DNA of 24,403 nucleotides from the IMG/VR virus record IMGVR_UViG_3300012940_000883, positions 1 to 24,403 of that record. One strand, 5' to 3'. Of the stretch, positions 1 through 7,533 are shown piece by piece. The notes below the pieces were generated by a model, which saw only the letters and a program-made list of their open reading frames with translations, was not told the origin of the DNA and searched no databases. The position numbers and the translations under genes are program-made. Within the stretch, counting starts at the first letter, position 1. Each line of letters starts with the position of its first letter. This DNA comes from a virus (Duplodnaviria > Caudoviricetes).

Positions 1-159
1 CCGGCGCAGCACCTCGCGGGCGCCAGTCCATTGCCCCGTGAGGTCGGCGTAGGCGAGGTCAGGGTGGCTCTCGTCCTTGCGCGCCACCGCGTCCTTGCAC
101 GCCCTGACGTACTCCTCCACCACTTGCACCACCTCCTCGTGGGTGTACGTGCGGCTCAT
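1..159 (-). CDS. hypothetical phage protein (partial, runs off the window)
   Basis: ATG at 159 overlaps the TGA of the methyltransferase (ATGA). Frame reads MSRTYTHEEVVQVVEEYVRACKD... and is open to the window edge. Confidence 0.65.
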   Translation of the reverse strand, partial: MSRTYTHEEVVQVVEEYVRACKDAVARKDESHPDLAYADLTGQWTGAREVLRR

Positions 160-2048
160 GACTCGTCCTCCGCTGGCTTGCTGGCGAGCGGGCACCACGA
201 CACCCGCGTGGCGGGGTTGTTCTGGGGGCACTTCTCCCACGTACAGTCCCCGTCGCTGTCCGCGTGGCACGTGTTGTCGGGCAGGCTCCGTGGCGGCTTC
301 GACTCTCCCGGCCTGGACCGGGGCTGTGACTGCGCCTGCCTCATCTCATGCAGGAGGACATCTCCCGTATCGACGTCGCACCCAAGACACTCAGGCTCTG
401 GCCCAGTCGTGGGCGCGTCGAGGCCGAGCACGTGGTGGACGGCGGCGCGTCCGAGCGGGGCATAGTGCTCCATAGCGATTCCACCCGTGGCGATGTCGCG
501 GAGGCCGTCCGCAGCGGCGACAGCGCGCCCGATGCCCTCGGCGTCCTTCGCCCGCGCCACCGCCGCGCGGTACTTCGCGGCGGGTTTCTCGGCGTGGGCG
601 AGTCGGTGTCGAGCGATCTCCACGTACTCCCCGGACTGCTCGACGCCGACAAATTGGAACCCCTCTTGGAGTGCAGCGACGCCCGTCGTCCCGGAGCCGG
701 CAAACGGGTCCAGCACCAGGCCGGCCGGCGGCGTCACGAGGCGCACCAACCAGCGCATCAGCGCCACCGGCTTGACGGTGGGGTGGATGTTCCGCGCGCC
801 TCCGGTGCGTCCGGCGCCCGCACGCGGGTTGTTCAGCCCGGCGCTACCGTCCTCGCGATCCGTGGCCTCGCCACCGGAGCGCACGGGGAGAGATTCACAG
901 CCTGCGTCGCGCTCAGAGCGTGAAGCTTTCGCGACGTAGAAGAAGCGAGAGGCGCCGCCGCTGTCCCCCGTGTATTGGGTGTCGTCAGCGCTTCCGGCGG
1001 CGGCTCGGAAGATCTCGCCGGTTGACCGCCGGGTGTTCTTCTGGCCGCTCCCGCTCTTGAGAACTCCCGTCTGCGCATCGAGCGCGGCTGCGGCCTCTTC
1101 GTCCAGGACGACGTTCGCGGGCCAGCGTCCCAATGGCTGGGCATACTCGCGGCCGGTGACACCGAGCACACCACCCTCAAGGCTTCCGCTATGCCCCTTC
1201 GACGTCTCAGTCGCGTAGGCCCCCCCGTTCAGGTTTTCGGTAGTCGCGATCCGGCACCCGTCGATGTTGAGCGCACCCGTGCCCCACGCCTGCACGTTCG
1301 CCGCGACGGTGCCCATCAACGGCTTGCGTGCGAGGATGATCGGCTCCCACGCTGGCTTCAACGCCGTCCCCCAGCCCTCCCACTGTCGGGCGGCGTCGGA
1401 AACGGGAGCCCCTTTCTCCGACCGCGCGTAGTTCGCCGCTGACATGGCCATATTACCTGAAAGCACTTCACCGGCTTTGCCGCGCCAAACCCCCGATGCC
1501 TCAAAGCCGGCCAGCAGCGTCGCCAACTGCTCTTGACGGGCGGGCGGCGGAACATGGCCACCGTTAACGTAATCGCTGACGCTCGACGCTGAGGGCCAAC
1601 CGAGTTGTTTGGCGATGTCCGCCGCTGAGAGTCCGGCTGCGGAGATTGCCCCCCGTAGCTCAGCCGCGAGGGCGGCCCAGTTCCTTCCTCCGGCTTTGTC
1701 AAGCGCCTTGCTTACGTCCAGCGACTTCGGAAACCCGCTCCCGTAGAGCCACGACAGCGTGTCGCGGATCTCGAAGCCGGCGTCTTCGATCGCACAGGCG
1801 ATGCGGTGGAACGTTCGCGAACCGCCGAACGCAAGCAGGTGGCCGCCGGGCTTGAGCACACGCAGCACTGCGGCCCACGTCTCGCGCCTGAACGAAACTC
1901 CTGCCGCGTCCCACGACTTGCCCATGAACCCGAGTTCGTACGGCGGGTCCGTGACGACGGCGTCCATGGACGCGGCCGGAAGGCGCTGCATCGTCGCAAC
2001 GCAGTCCGCGTGCACGAGGGTCCAACGGGAAGCGCGGTGGATCGTCAT
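156..2048 (-). CDS. beta-class amino (N6-A/N4-C) DNA methyltransferase with inserted Cro/CI-type HTH and Cys-rich C-terminal extension
   Basis: Motif IV VTDPPY near the N-terminus, GFEIRD, WxYGSGFPKS, GRWPAN, HPTVKP, and motif I LDPFAGSGTTG. Motif IV preceding motif I defines the beta class. Confidence 0.93.
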   Translation of the reverse strand: MTIHRASRWTLVHADCVATMQRLPAASMDAVVTDPPYELGFMGKSWDAAGVSFRRETWAAVLRVLKPGGHLLAFGGSRTFHRIACAIEDAGFEIRDTLSWLYGSGFPKSLDVSKALDKAGGRNWAALAAELRGAISAAGLSAADIAKQLGWPSASSVSDYVNGGHVPPPARQEQLATLLAGFEASGVWRGKAGEVLSGNMAMSAANYARSEKGAPVSDAARQWEGWGTALKPAWEPIILARKPLMGTVAANVQAWGTGALNIDGCRIATTENLNGGAYATETSKGHSGSLEGGVLGVTGREYAQPLGRWPANVVLDEEAAAALDAQTGVLKSGSGQKNTRRSTGEIFRAAAGSADDTQYTGDSGGASRFFYVAKASRSERDAGCESLPVRSGGEATDREDGSAGLNNPRAGAGRTGGARNIHPTVKPVALMRWLVRLVTPPAGLVLDPFAGSGTTGVAALQEGFQFVGVEQSGEYVEIARHRLAHAEKPAAKYRAAVARAKDAEGIGRAVAAADGLRDIATGGIAMEHYAPLGRAAVHHVLGLDAPTTGPEPECLGCDVDTGDVLLHEMRQAQSQPRSRPGESKPPRSLPDNTCHADSDGDCTWEKCPQNNPATRVSWCPLASKPAEDES

Positions 2049-3235
2049 CGCGCACCGCCCTTCGCGGCGTCGTAGGCGGCGACCAGTCGGCGTGCGAAGC
2101 CGAGCGTGAAGACGTGGCCGCCCATGTACGCCGTCTTCGTGTCATCGGGCTGGCTGGCGTCCCAGAAGTCCACAAGCTCGCGTGCCCACGGGACGAACGG
2201 CCCCACCGCCTCCAGCAGTCCCTGGGGCCCGGGAGCAGACCGGGCGGCGTCGTAGGCGGCGCGGAGCGACGCGACAGCGGCGTCTCGCGCGCGGAGGGCC
2301 GGCACGACGTCATCGGGTTGACCGGGCCGCTTCGTCGCGTCGAAAGCCTCCAGCACCTTGGCCACCGCCTCCACCAGCGCGGGCGGGGGCTGGGAGGCGC
2401 CGCGCAGCACGCGCTCGGCCCAGTCCACCATCGGGTGCGGGCCCTCCGCGTCCTCGCCGTGGCTGGCGCGGTAGTCGTCCGCCTTCGCGCGGATGGCCGC
2501 CTCCAACTCCTTCACGCGCGCCTCGGCGCGGACGAGGGCAGCTCGGGCGTTGTCCTTGAGCACCTCTTCGACCTTGAGAACGTCTCGCCAGCCGCCCGGT
2601 CCGTTAACGGCGAGGTCTGACTCCCGCTCCAGCGTGGCCACGCGCTCGCGGAGGGTGGCGGCCTTCTGCCGGGCCTCGTCGCGCTCTGCCTCGGCCTTGG
2701 CGAGGCGCTCCAGCAGGGCGGCGACGTGACGGCTCGGCCTGTCATTGTACCCAGGCCCCCACTCGCCAGCCCACAGCAGCACTCCGTGGATGGCGTAGCG
2801 GTCGGCCTCCCGCTCCCGCTCCAACGTCGCAATGCGCGCGATGGCGCGGTCACGGTCCGCCGTGACGTTGGCGAGCGACTCCTTGAGGGCGTCACGCTCG
2901 GACTCGGCCTTGGCGAGGCGCTCCAGCAGGGCGGCGTGCTGGGTCACGACTCGCTCAACGGTCGTATACGCACCATCCATGCTGGTGGGGTCAGCCAACT
3001 CCGCGAGCGTCGCAATCTGCTGCGCTCGCCACTCGACCGCACTCCTGAGTGAGTCCGCATCCTTCGTCGCTTGATGCCACGCCGCCCGGACATCAGCCAA
3101 TTCCGCCTCCAGTCCCGGCACCTTGGCCGCCTCGTCGCGGAGGCGAGCAACGGCGGCGTGGCCCTCCTCATAGGCGCTGCACAGCCCGTGGCGCACCGTC
3201 TCGTAGTCCTGCACATGCTGCGGCTTGCTCGTCAT
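2045..3235 (-). CDS. coiled-coil phage protein with internal repeats
   Basis: Long Ala/Glu/Arg-rich heptad ORF. Start placed at the ATG at 3235, which overlaps the upstream TGA; its stop overlaps the MTase ATG. Confidence 0.8.
   Translation of the reverse strand: MTSKPQHVQDYETVRHGLCSAYEEGHAAVARLRDEAAKVPGLEAELADVRAAWHQATKDADSLRSAVEWRAQQIATLAELADPTSMDGAYTTVERVVTQHAALLERLAKAESERDALKESLANVTADRDRAIARIATLEREREADRYAIHGVLLWAGEWGPGYNDRPSRHVAALLERLAKAEAERDEARQKAATLRERVATLERESDLAVNGPGGWRDVLKVEEVLKDNARAALVRAEARVKELEAAIRAKADDYRASHGEDAEGPHPMVDWAERVLRGASQPPPALVEAVAKVLEAFDATKRPGQPDDVVPALRARDAAVASLRAAYDAARSAPGPQGLLEAVGPFVPWARELVDFWDASQPDDTKTAYMGGHVFTLGFARRLVAAYDAAKGGAR
2690..2936. repeat. 34-bp exact direct repeat (2690-2723 and 2903-2936) inside the coiled-coil gene
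   Basis: ctcggccttggcgaggcgctccagcagggcggcg occurs twice and encodes AALLERLAKAE. Confidence 0.9.
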
Positions 3236-3429
3236 GACTCCACCTCCCAGCTCCACTCGATATGGTTGAACATCCAGTCTCGGGCCGCCTCTTCGACGGC
3301 CTCCTCATCCAAACTCCCATCCGCCTTCATGTAGTCTTCGCGATACAACTCCAGCACGTCCTCGCACTCCGAGCCGACCATGTTGGTGCTGACGCGTACC
3401 TTGATGCGGATGACTCCGTCTCCGTCCAT
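3232..3429 (-). CDS. small acidic hypothetical phage protein
   Basis: AGGAGG RBS upstream of the ATG, directly downstream of a good promoter, with an ATGA overlap to the next gene. Confidence 0.8.
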   Translation of the reverse strand: MDGDGVIRIKVRVSTNMVGSECEDVLELYREDYMKADGSLDEEAVEEAARDWMFNHIEWSWEVES

Positions 3430-3449
3430 GCGACCTCCTGATTGACGTC

Positions 3450-3478
3450 CTTATACTGCGGCGCCGAGCATGCGTCAA
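3450..3478 (-). promoter_or_regulatory. sigma70-type leftward promoter
   Basis: Minus strand reads TTGACG-N17-TATAAG, then AGGAGG and the ATG at 3429. Confidence 0.75.
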
Positions 3479-3494
3479 GATTGGCGCGGGTCTC

Positions 3495-3523
3495 TTGACG
3501 CGGGCTGAATCCTGTGCCAAGGT
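3495..3523 (+). promoter_or_regulatory. putative rightward promoter of the divergent pair
   Basis: TTGACG-N17-CAAGGT (weak -10 preceded by TG), then GGAGG and the GTG at 3542. Confidence 0.5.
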
Positions 3524-3541
3524 GCTTGTCGGAGGTGACGA

Positions 3542-3730
3542 GTGGACGAGAGAGACGACATGCTGGAGAGGGCGCGGGATCTGGAGCTGAGGGCCGCCCG
3601 GAAGGAGCGAATGTCCGTGCAGGAGTGGGTGTCCGCGAGTACGGCGAGCGGCCTCCGCAGGGACGCGCGCATGTTCCGCGAGGAGGCGGCAGGCTTGCGC
3701 CGCCGCGCGGAGAAGGAAGTGAAGCCATGA
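3542..3730 (+). CDS. hypothetical phage protein
   Basis: GGAGG RBS, GTG start and ATGA coupling to the next gene. Confidence 0.7.
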   Translation: MDERDDMLERARDLELRAARKERMSVQEWVSASTASGLRRDARMFREEAAGLRRRAEKEVKP

Positions 3731-3930
3731 AGGGGATCCGCTGGGGAGTCCAGAGGGCGCCGCACCCGTGCGCTGTCGACGTCGTCCACGAGTTCGCCTC
3801 GGAGGCCGCCCGCGACGCCTGGGTGGCCGAGAGTCCATTGACGCGGCGCGCGGTTGGCGTCCGTCATAAGGCAGTGCGGCAGTACCGAGATGATCAGGAG
3901 GCGCTGTTGCGCGCCAGGGGGCAGTCATGA
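3727..3930 (+). CDS. hypothetical phage protein (MKGIRWGVQR...)
   Basis: ATGA overlaps at both ends. Confidence 0.7.
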   Translation: MKGIRWGVQRAPHPCAVDVVHEFASEAARDAWVAESPLTRRAVGVRHKAVRQYRDDQEALLRARGQS

Positions 3931-4190
3931 AGCCGTGGCAAGACGAGTGGGAGTACGACAACGCCGACTCGGAGGTCCGCAGGGTGGGCGGAGGGGTCGT
4001 CGGGCGCATCATGGACACCGAGGAGGGGCGTCTGGCCGCGCAGGCGCCCAGCATGGCGCAGGAGCTGCTGGCCGTCATCGCGACATGCGAGACGTTGGCG
4101 GGGCTCGTTGCCCCCGAGGCCGCACAGGAACTCGCCATCCGCGCGCGCAAGGCCCGGGAGGTGCTCAAGGACGCGGGGGTCGAGCCGTGA
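3927..4190 (+). CDS. small phage protein, AAP(D/S)M-type family, paralog 1
   Basis: MKPWQDEW...RLAAQAPSMAQEL...AREVLKDAGVEP, coupled by ATGA/GTGA overlaps. Confidence 0.75.
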   Translation: MKPWQDEWEYDNADSEVRRVGGGVVGRIMDTEEGRLAAQAPSMAQELLAVIATCETLAGLVAPEAAQELAIRARKAREVLKDAGVEP

Positions 4191-4480
4191 AGCCGTGGGA
4201 GCAGGAGTGGGGGCAATTCAACCTCGACGCGCGAGTGGTCACCCGCTCCCATGATGGACTTGTCGTTGCCGACCCTCGCGGAGATTCGCACGCGGAGACG
4301 GTCGGCCTCGCTCAATTCATTTCCGCCGCGCCGGACATGGCGAGGGCGCTGATGATGACTGGCGGCGTGCATCATGGCGAGTGGCACGCAAACTCATGTT
4401 GGATTGCTCCGTTTCAGCCCTGCAACGACAAGTGCCGGGCGGCCCGCGAGGCTCTCCGCAAGGCGGGAGTCCTGCCGTGA
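4187..4480 (+). CDS. small phage protein, AAP(D/S)M-type family, paralog 2
   Basis: GTG start. Reads MKPWEQEW...FISAAPDMARAL...AREALRKAGVLP, similar to the previous gene. Confidence 0.75.
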   Translation: MKPWEQEWGQFNLDARVVTRSHDGLVVADPRGDSHAETVGLAQFISAAPDMARALMMTGGVHHGEWHANSCWIAPFQPCNDKCRAAREALRKAGVLP

Positions 4481-4599
4481 AGACGCCGAATGACGATGCC
4501 AAGGTCTCGCTCGATTCCGGATGCGACTCGCTGATCAATCTGATTGAGTCATTAGAGTGGGACGAACAATTCCGCGCATATATGGGGTGGGACGAATGA
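4477..4599 (+). CDS. very small hypothetical protein (MKTPNDDAK...)
   Basis: 40-aa frame that exactly fills the gap between GTGA and ATGA overlaps. Confidence 0.5.
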   Translation: MKTPNDDAKVSLDSGCDSLINLIESLEWDEQFRAYMGWDE

Positions 4600-4793
4600 A
4601 GACGCCGATTCTCGTCGCGGTGCGCCTCAAGGGACAACGAGGCCGCAAGGAGTACGCCCATACGGAGCCCGGCAAGGTGACTGCTGGTTTCGAGACGTGG
4701 TGTCTTAATCGCTGGCCCCCGAAGGAGGAGGACAAGGCGTTCCGCAGATGGTCCGGATTCGACGGTGACGGGTGGGACAATGGCCCTCGCTGA
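4596..4793 (+). CDS. hypothetical phage protein (MKTPILVAVR...)
   Basis: ATGA overlap with the upstream stop. Confidence 0.6.
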   Translation: MKTPILVAVRLKGQRGRKEYAHTEPGKVTAGFETWCLNRWPPKEEDKAFRRWSGFDGDGWDNGPR

Positions 4794-4998
4794 CATCGTC
4801 GCCGCGCGCCAGAAGGCCGAGGAAGCGCGTGGAGATGCGTTGGAGGCAGCAGTGTGCGCCAGTGCTGAGCACGCCATGCACGTCTCCATGTTGGCTGAGC
4901 GCCTCGCGAAGTCGGTTGAGGGGCTTGGACCAATCCCGGATGAAACGGTCAAGAACCTTTTATTGGCGGTAGCTACTTTCGCAGGAAAGGGGAAGTGA
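4780..4998 (+). CDS. hypothetical phage protein
   Basis: Helical Ala-rich ORF in a packed operon, with GGTGGG upstream of the ATG. Confidence 0.6.
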   Translation: MALADIVAARQKAEEARGDALEAAVCASAEHAMHVSMLAERLAKSVEGLGPIPDETVKNLLLAVATFAGKGK

Positions 4999-4999
4999 A

Positions 5000-5212
5000 A
5001 TGAGGACTGGAGTCGAAGTTGGGCAGGTGCGGATTTCCGTGTGCGGTCGCTGGTCGTGCGAGGTGAACGAAGTCCTGGCGACCGGGAAGGACTTCGTGTG
5101 TCGCACCTCCCGGACGAGTGGTGCGAAGCCGGCGCTGGAGATGTTGAGACTGGGGGACGTGTTGACGCGGTATCCCACGGTCGTGCACTCGCCGTTGCCG
5201 GTGGACGTGTGA
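5000..5212 (+). CDS. hypothetical phage protein
   Basis: Purine-rich RBS (AGGGGA) and a GTGA overlap downstream. Confidence 0.55.
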   Translation: MRTGVEVGQVRISVCGRWSCEVNEVLATGKDFVCRTSRTSGAKPALEMLRLGDVLTRYPTVVHSPLPVDV

Positions 5213-5436
5213 GCAACGCGAAGCCGATCCGGTTGGTGGTGCTGGCGCCTGACGGGAAACCGTTGGGCGTCTGGCCCAAGGCGCCCACTAATTCAAACTG
5301 GAGACTCCTCGGGCAGTCTCCGCACGTCAGCTTCAATGGCGGCCCACTTCGACACTGTGAGCGTCATGGCGATGGATGGGCGTTTCGTCTCCGTGAGGGT
5401 GAGTTGCCGCCCCATACAATGGAGGAAGCATCATGA
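5209..5436 (+). CDS. hypothetical phage protein (MSNAKPIRLVV...)
   Basis: GTGA and ATGA overlaps at its ends. Confidence 0.55.
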   Translation: MSNAKPIRLVVLAPDGKPLGVWPKAPTNSNWRLLGQSPHVSFNGGPLRHCERHGDGWAFRLREGELPPHTMEEAS

Positions 5437-5588
5437 GCCGGCTCCTCTTCGCGCTGGTGGATGCCATCTACCTCTCGGCCCGCGAGGAGTCGGGATTCTT
5501 CTGCGACCCGTTCGACCATGAGTGCCCAACATGCGAGCGATACGTGCTCCAACTCGGTTGGTGGCGCTCGACGTGGGTGGGCGCGTGA
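5433..5588 (+). CDS. small Cys/His-containing hypothetical protein (51 aa, not in the ORF track)
   Basis: GGAGGA RBS. Reads MSRLLFALVDAIYLSAREESGFFCDPFDHECPTCERY...; its TGA overlaps the MTase GTG. Confidence 0.55.
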   Translation: MSRLLFALVDAIYLSAREESGFFCDPFDHECPTCERYVLQLGWWRSTWVGA

Positions 5589-6535
5589 GTTACTCATGCC
5601 ACTCTGACGGCGACGCCACCCTCTACGTGGGCGACTGCCGGGAGGTGCTGGCGGGCCTGCCGGAGGGCTCCGCGCGAACCTGCGTCACCTCACCCCCGTA
5701 CTGGGGGCTGCGCGACTACGGGCACCCCGACCAGCTCGGCGCCGAGCGCACGCCCGACGAGTACGTGGCCAATCTCGTGGAGGTCTTCCGAGAGGTGCGC
5801 CGGGTGCTACGTCCGGACGGCACCCTCTGGCTCAACCTGGGGGACAGCTACATCAATGCTAAGGGCGCAGCGCATGGCGTCGACCCCAAGCAGGGGGCTC
5901 GTCGATTCGGCGTGCGTGTCGTTGACATGCCCCCGCCCCCGGGGCTCAAGCGCAAGGACCTCGTCGGGATGCCCTGGCGCGTCGCCTTCGCGCTCCAGGC
6001 TGACGGGTGGTGGCTCCGCTCAGACATCATCTGGGCCAAGCCCAACGCCATGCCGGAGTCCGTCACCGACAGGCCAACGAAGGCCCACGAGTACGTGTTC
6101 CTGTTGGCGAAGTCGGAGCGCTACTTCTACGACGCGGACGCGGTGAAAGAGGCGGCGAAGAAGGGGCACGCTGGGAGCAAGTTCCACACGGGCAAAACAG
6201 CGGAGCACCAACTCAGGCGAGCCAGCGACAAGCCGCGCAAGGACGACGGGAACCGCAACGCTCGCAGCGTGTGGAGCATCGCCACCCAGCCCAGCGGCAT
6301 CGAGCACTTCGCAATGATGCCGCCCGAACTCGCGCAGCGCTGCATCCTCGCGGGCAGCGCTCGCGGCGACACCGTCCTAGACCCGTTCTCCGGCGCGGGA
6401 ACGACGGGGCTCGTGGCGATGGAGCACGGGCGGCGCTACCTCGGCGTGGAGCTGAATCCGCGCTACGCCGACCTCTCCGTGGAGAGATGGAGCCGCGTGC
6501 AGCGCACCCTCTTTGCAGCCGGGGCCGGTCGATGA
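5585..6535 (+). CDS. beta-class DNA methyltransferase (SPPY, likely N4-cytosine or N6-adenine)
   Basis: GDCREVL, CVTSPPYWGLRDYG, DGTLWLNLGDSY, IIWAKPNAMPESVTDRPTKAHEYVFLLAKS, HFA, LDPFSGAGTTG, GVELN. Start placed at the GTGA overlap. Confidence 0.95.
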   Translation: MSYSCHSDGDATLYVGDCREVLAGLPEGSARTCVTSPPYWGLRDYGHPDQLGAERTPDEYVANLVEVFREVRRVLRPDGTLWLNLGDSYINAKGAAHGVDPKQGARRFGVRVVDMPPPPGLKRKDLVGMPWRVAFALQADGWWLRSDIIWAKPNAMPESVTDRPTKAHEYVFLLAKSERYFYDADAVKEAAKKGHAGSKFHTGKTAEHQLRRASDKPRKDDGNRNARSVWSIATQPSGIEHFAMMPPELAQRCILAGSARGDTVLDPFSGAGTTGLVAMEHGRRYLGVELNPRYADLSVERWSRVQRTLFAAGAGR

Positions 6536-6774
6536 GACTCGTCGCCACCGGGAGCCGTGCGCTGACGGAGGCGCATGTACCGCAGTTGCGCTCCTTCCTC
6601 GGCACGGTGTTGCGCGCCCACCTGCCCTACGAGCCCGGGTACGTCTTGCAGGCGCTTTTCAGTGGGGAATGTCCGTCCCGGCATGGCCATCCACGCTTTC
6701 GATGGCGGGAGGAGCCAGCCTGTGGTGGTTTGGCGCTGTGCTCATTGAATGGCGTCGCGGGAGGCGAAACATAG
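6532..6774 (+). pseudogene. truncated YspA/SLOG (DUF2493-like) gene
   Basis: Begins MRLVATGSR, like SLOG MRVLVTGSR, and reaches FSGECP where G-A-D is expected; the rest does not resemble the family. Confidence 0.4.
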
Positions 6775-6778
6775 GGGG

Positions 6779-6807
6779 TTGACACATGCCGTTGAAACGT
6801 GCGTGCT
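6779..6807 (+). promoter_or_regulatory. possible promoter for the HTH/late region
   Basis: Perfect TTGACA just after the stop at 6774; the -10 is poor (CGTGCT). Confidence 0.3.
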
Positions 6808-6822
6808 CATGGCGGGGCACGC

Positions 6823-7002
6823 ATGGGGAACGACAAAGCGGCAATTCTTGCCGCCGAATCAGCACGAAGACGCAAAGAGCGCGAGGAGCGCCGGGCGAAA
6901 GCCTTGGCCCTCCTCGCTTCTGGCGTTTCCGCCATTGAGGTTGCGTCTCGGCTGAGAGTCTCTCCGCGCACCGTGCGCGCTTGGCGCCAGGGGGCCGCAT
7001 GA
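6823..7002 (+). CDS. helix-turn-helix DNA-binding protein
   Basis: RAKALALLASGVSAIEVASRLRVSPRTVRAW is a homeodomain-like HTH pattern. Confidence 0.8.
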   Translation: MGNDKAAILAAESARRRKEREERRAKALALLASGVSAIEVASRLRVSPRTVRAWRQGAA

Positions 7003-7532
7003 GCCCCCACCCCAAGCTGATAGGCCTCAAGCGAAGCGCCTACCGGCCATACCGCCAATGGGCGGTAGACTCCCTGGAATACGCGGACAAGCTGCCGCCT
7101 GACGCGCAAGCATGGCTTGAGCGCTTCCTCCGCGAGCACTACGACGCAGACACGGAGTTGCTCAACCCTGAGCGACACCTGCGCAAATGCCGCCGCTGTC
7201 GCAATGGCGAGCCATGCAACAAGCGCCGAGAGGGCCCTGCCATCCACCGAGACGAGGTGGTGTTGACGGATGAGTGCGTGCTGCCTCGCCGCTGGCGCCG
7301 CTGGTGGGGGAAGCAGTTGGAGTTGTGGCCCGCGCTGGTGGCGGAGTGGCTCAACCGCGCCCATGGCGGCGTCGAGGTGGCCACATGGCGCGACTACCGG
7401 CGCGAATGCTTCCGGCGCCAAAACTACGCATATGACGACGTCTACTCTCGCGGCGGAGTCTCGCTGTGGGAGGACTTGGAGCGAGTGGAGGCCGAGGGGC
7501 TTGTGCCCGTCGTCCGCTCGACGCGAGGGTGA
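6999..7532 (+). CDS. hypothetical phage protein with CxxCxxC...C motif
   Basis: ATGA overlap. Contains EYADKLPPDAQAWLERFLREHY and KCRRCRNGEPC. Confidence 0.7.
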   Translation: MSPHPKLIGLKRSAYRPYRQWAVDSLEYADKLPPDAQAWLERFLREHYDADTELLNPERHLRKCRRCRNGEPCNKRREGPAIHRDEVVLTDECVLPRRWRRWWGKQLELWPALVAEWLNRAHGGVEVATWRDYRRECFRRQNYAYDDVYSRGGVSLWEDLERVEAEGLVPVVRSTRG

Positions 7533-7533
7533 C

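Noticed and set aside
2690-2936. 34-bp repeat pair considered as a DGR template/variable repeat or att sites
   Set aside because: The copies are identical and in frame within one gene, with no adenine-specific differences and no reverse transcriptase or integrase in the window.
3305-5336. 360-aa and 339-aa minus-strand ORFs
   Set aside because: The plus strand is fully tiled by coupled small genes with RBSs; the minus translations are Arg/Ser/Pro-rich noise.
5522-5584. Upstream GTG start for the second methyltransferase
   Set aside because: It overlaps a plausible 51-aa gene; the GTGA-coupled start at 5585 matches the genome-wide pattern.
156-6535. Restriction-modification system
   Set aside because: No recognisable endonuclease next to either methyltransferase; treated as orphan phage MTases.
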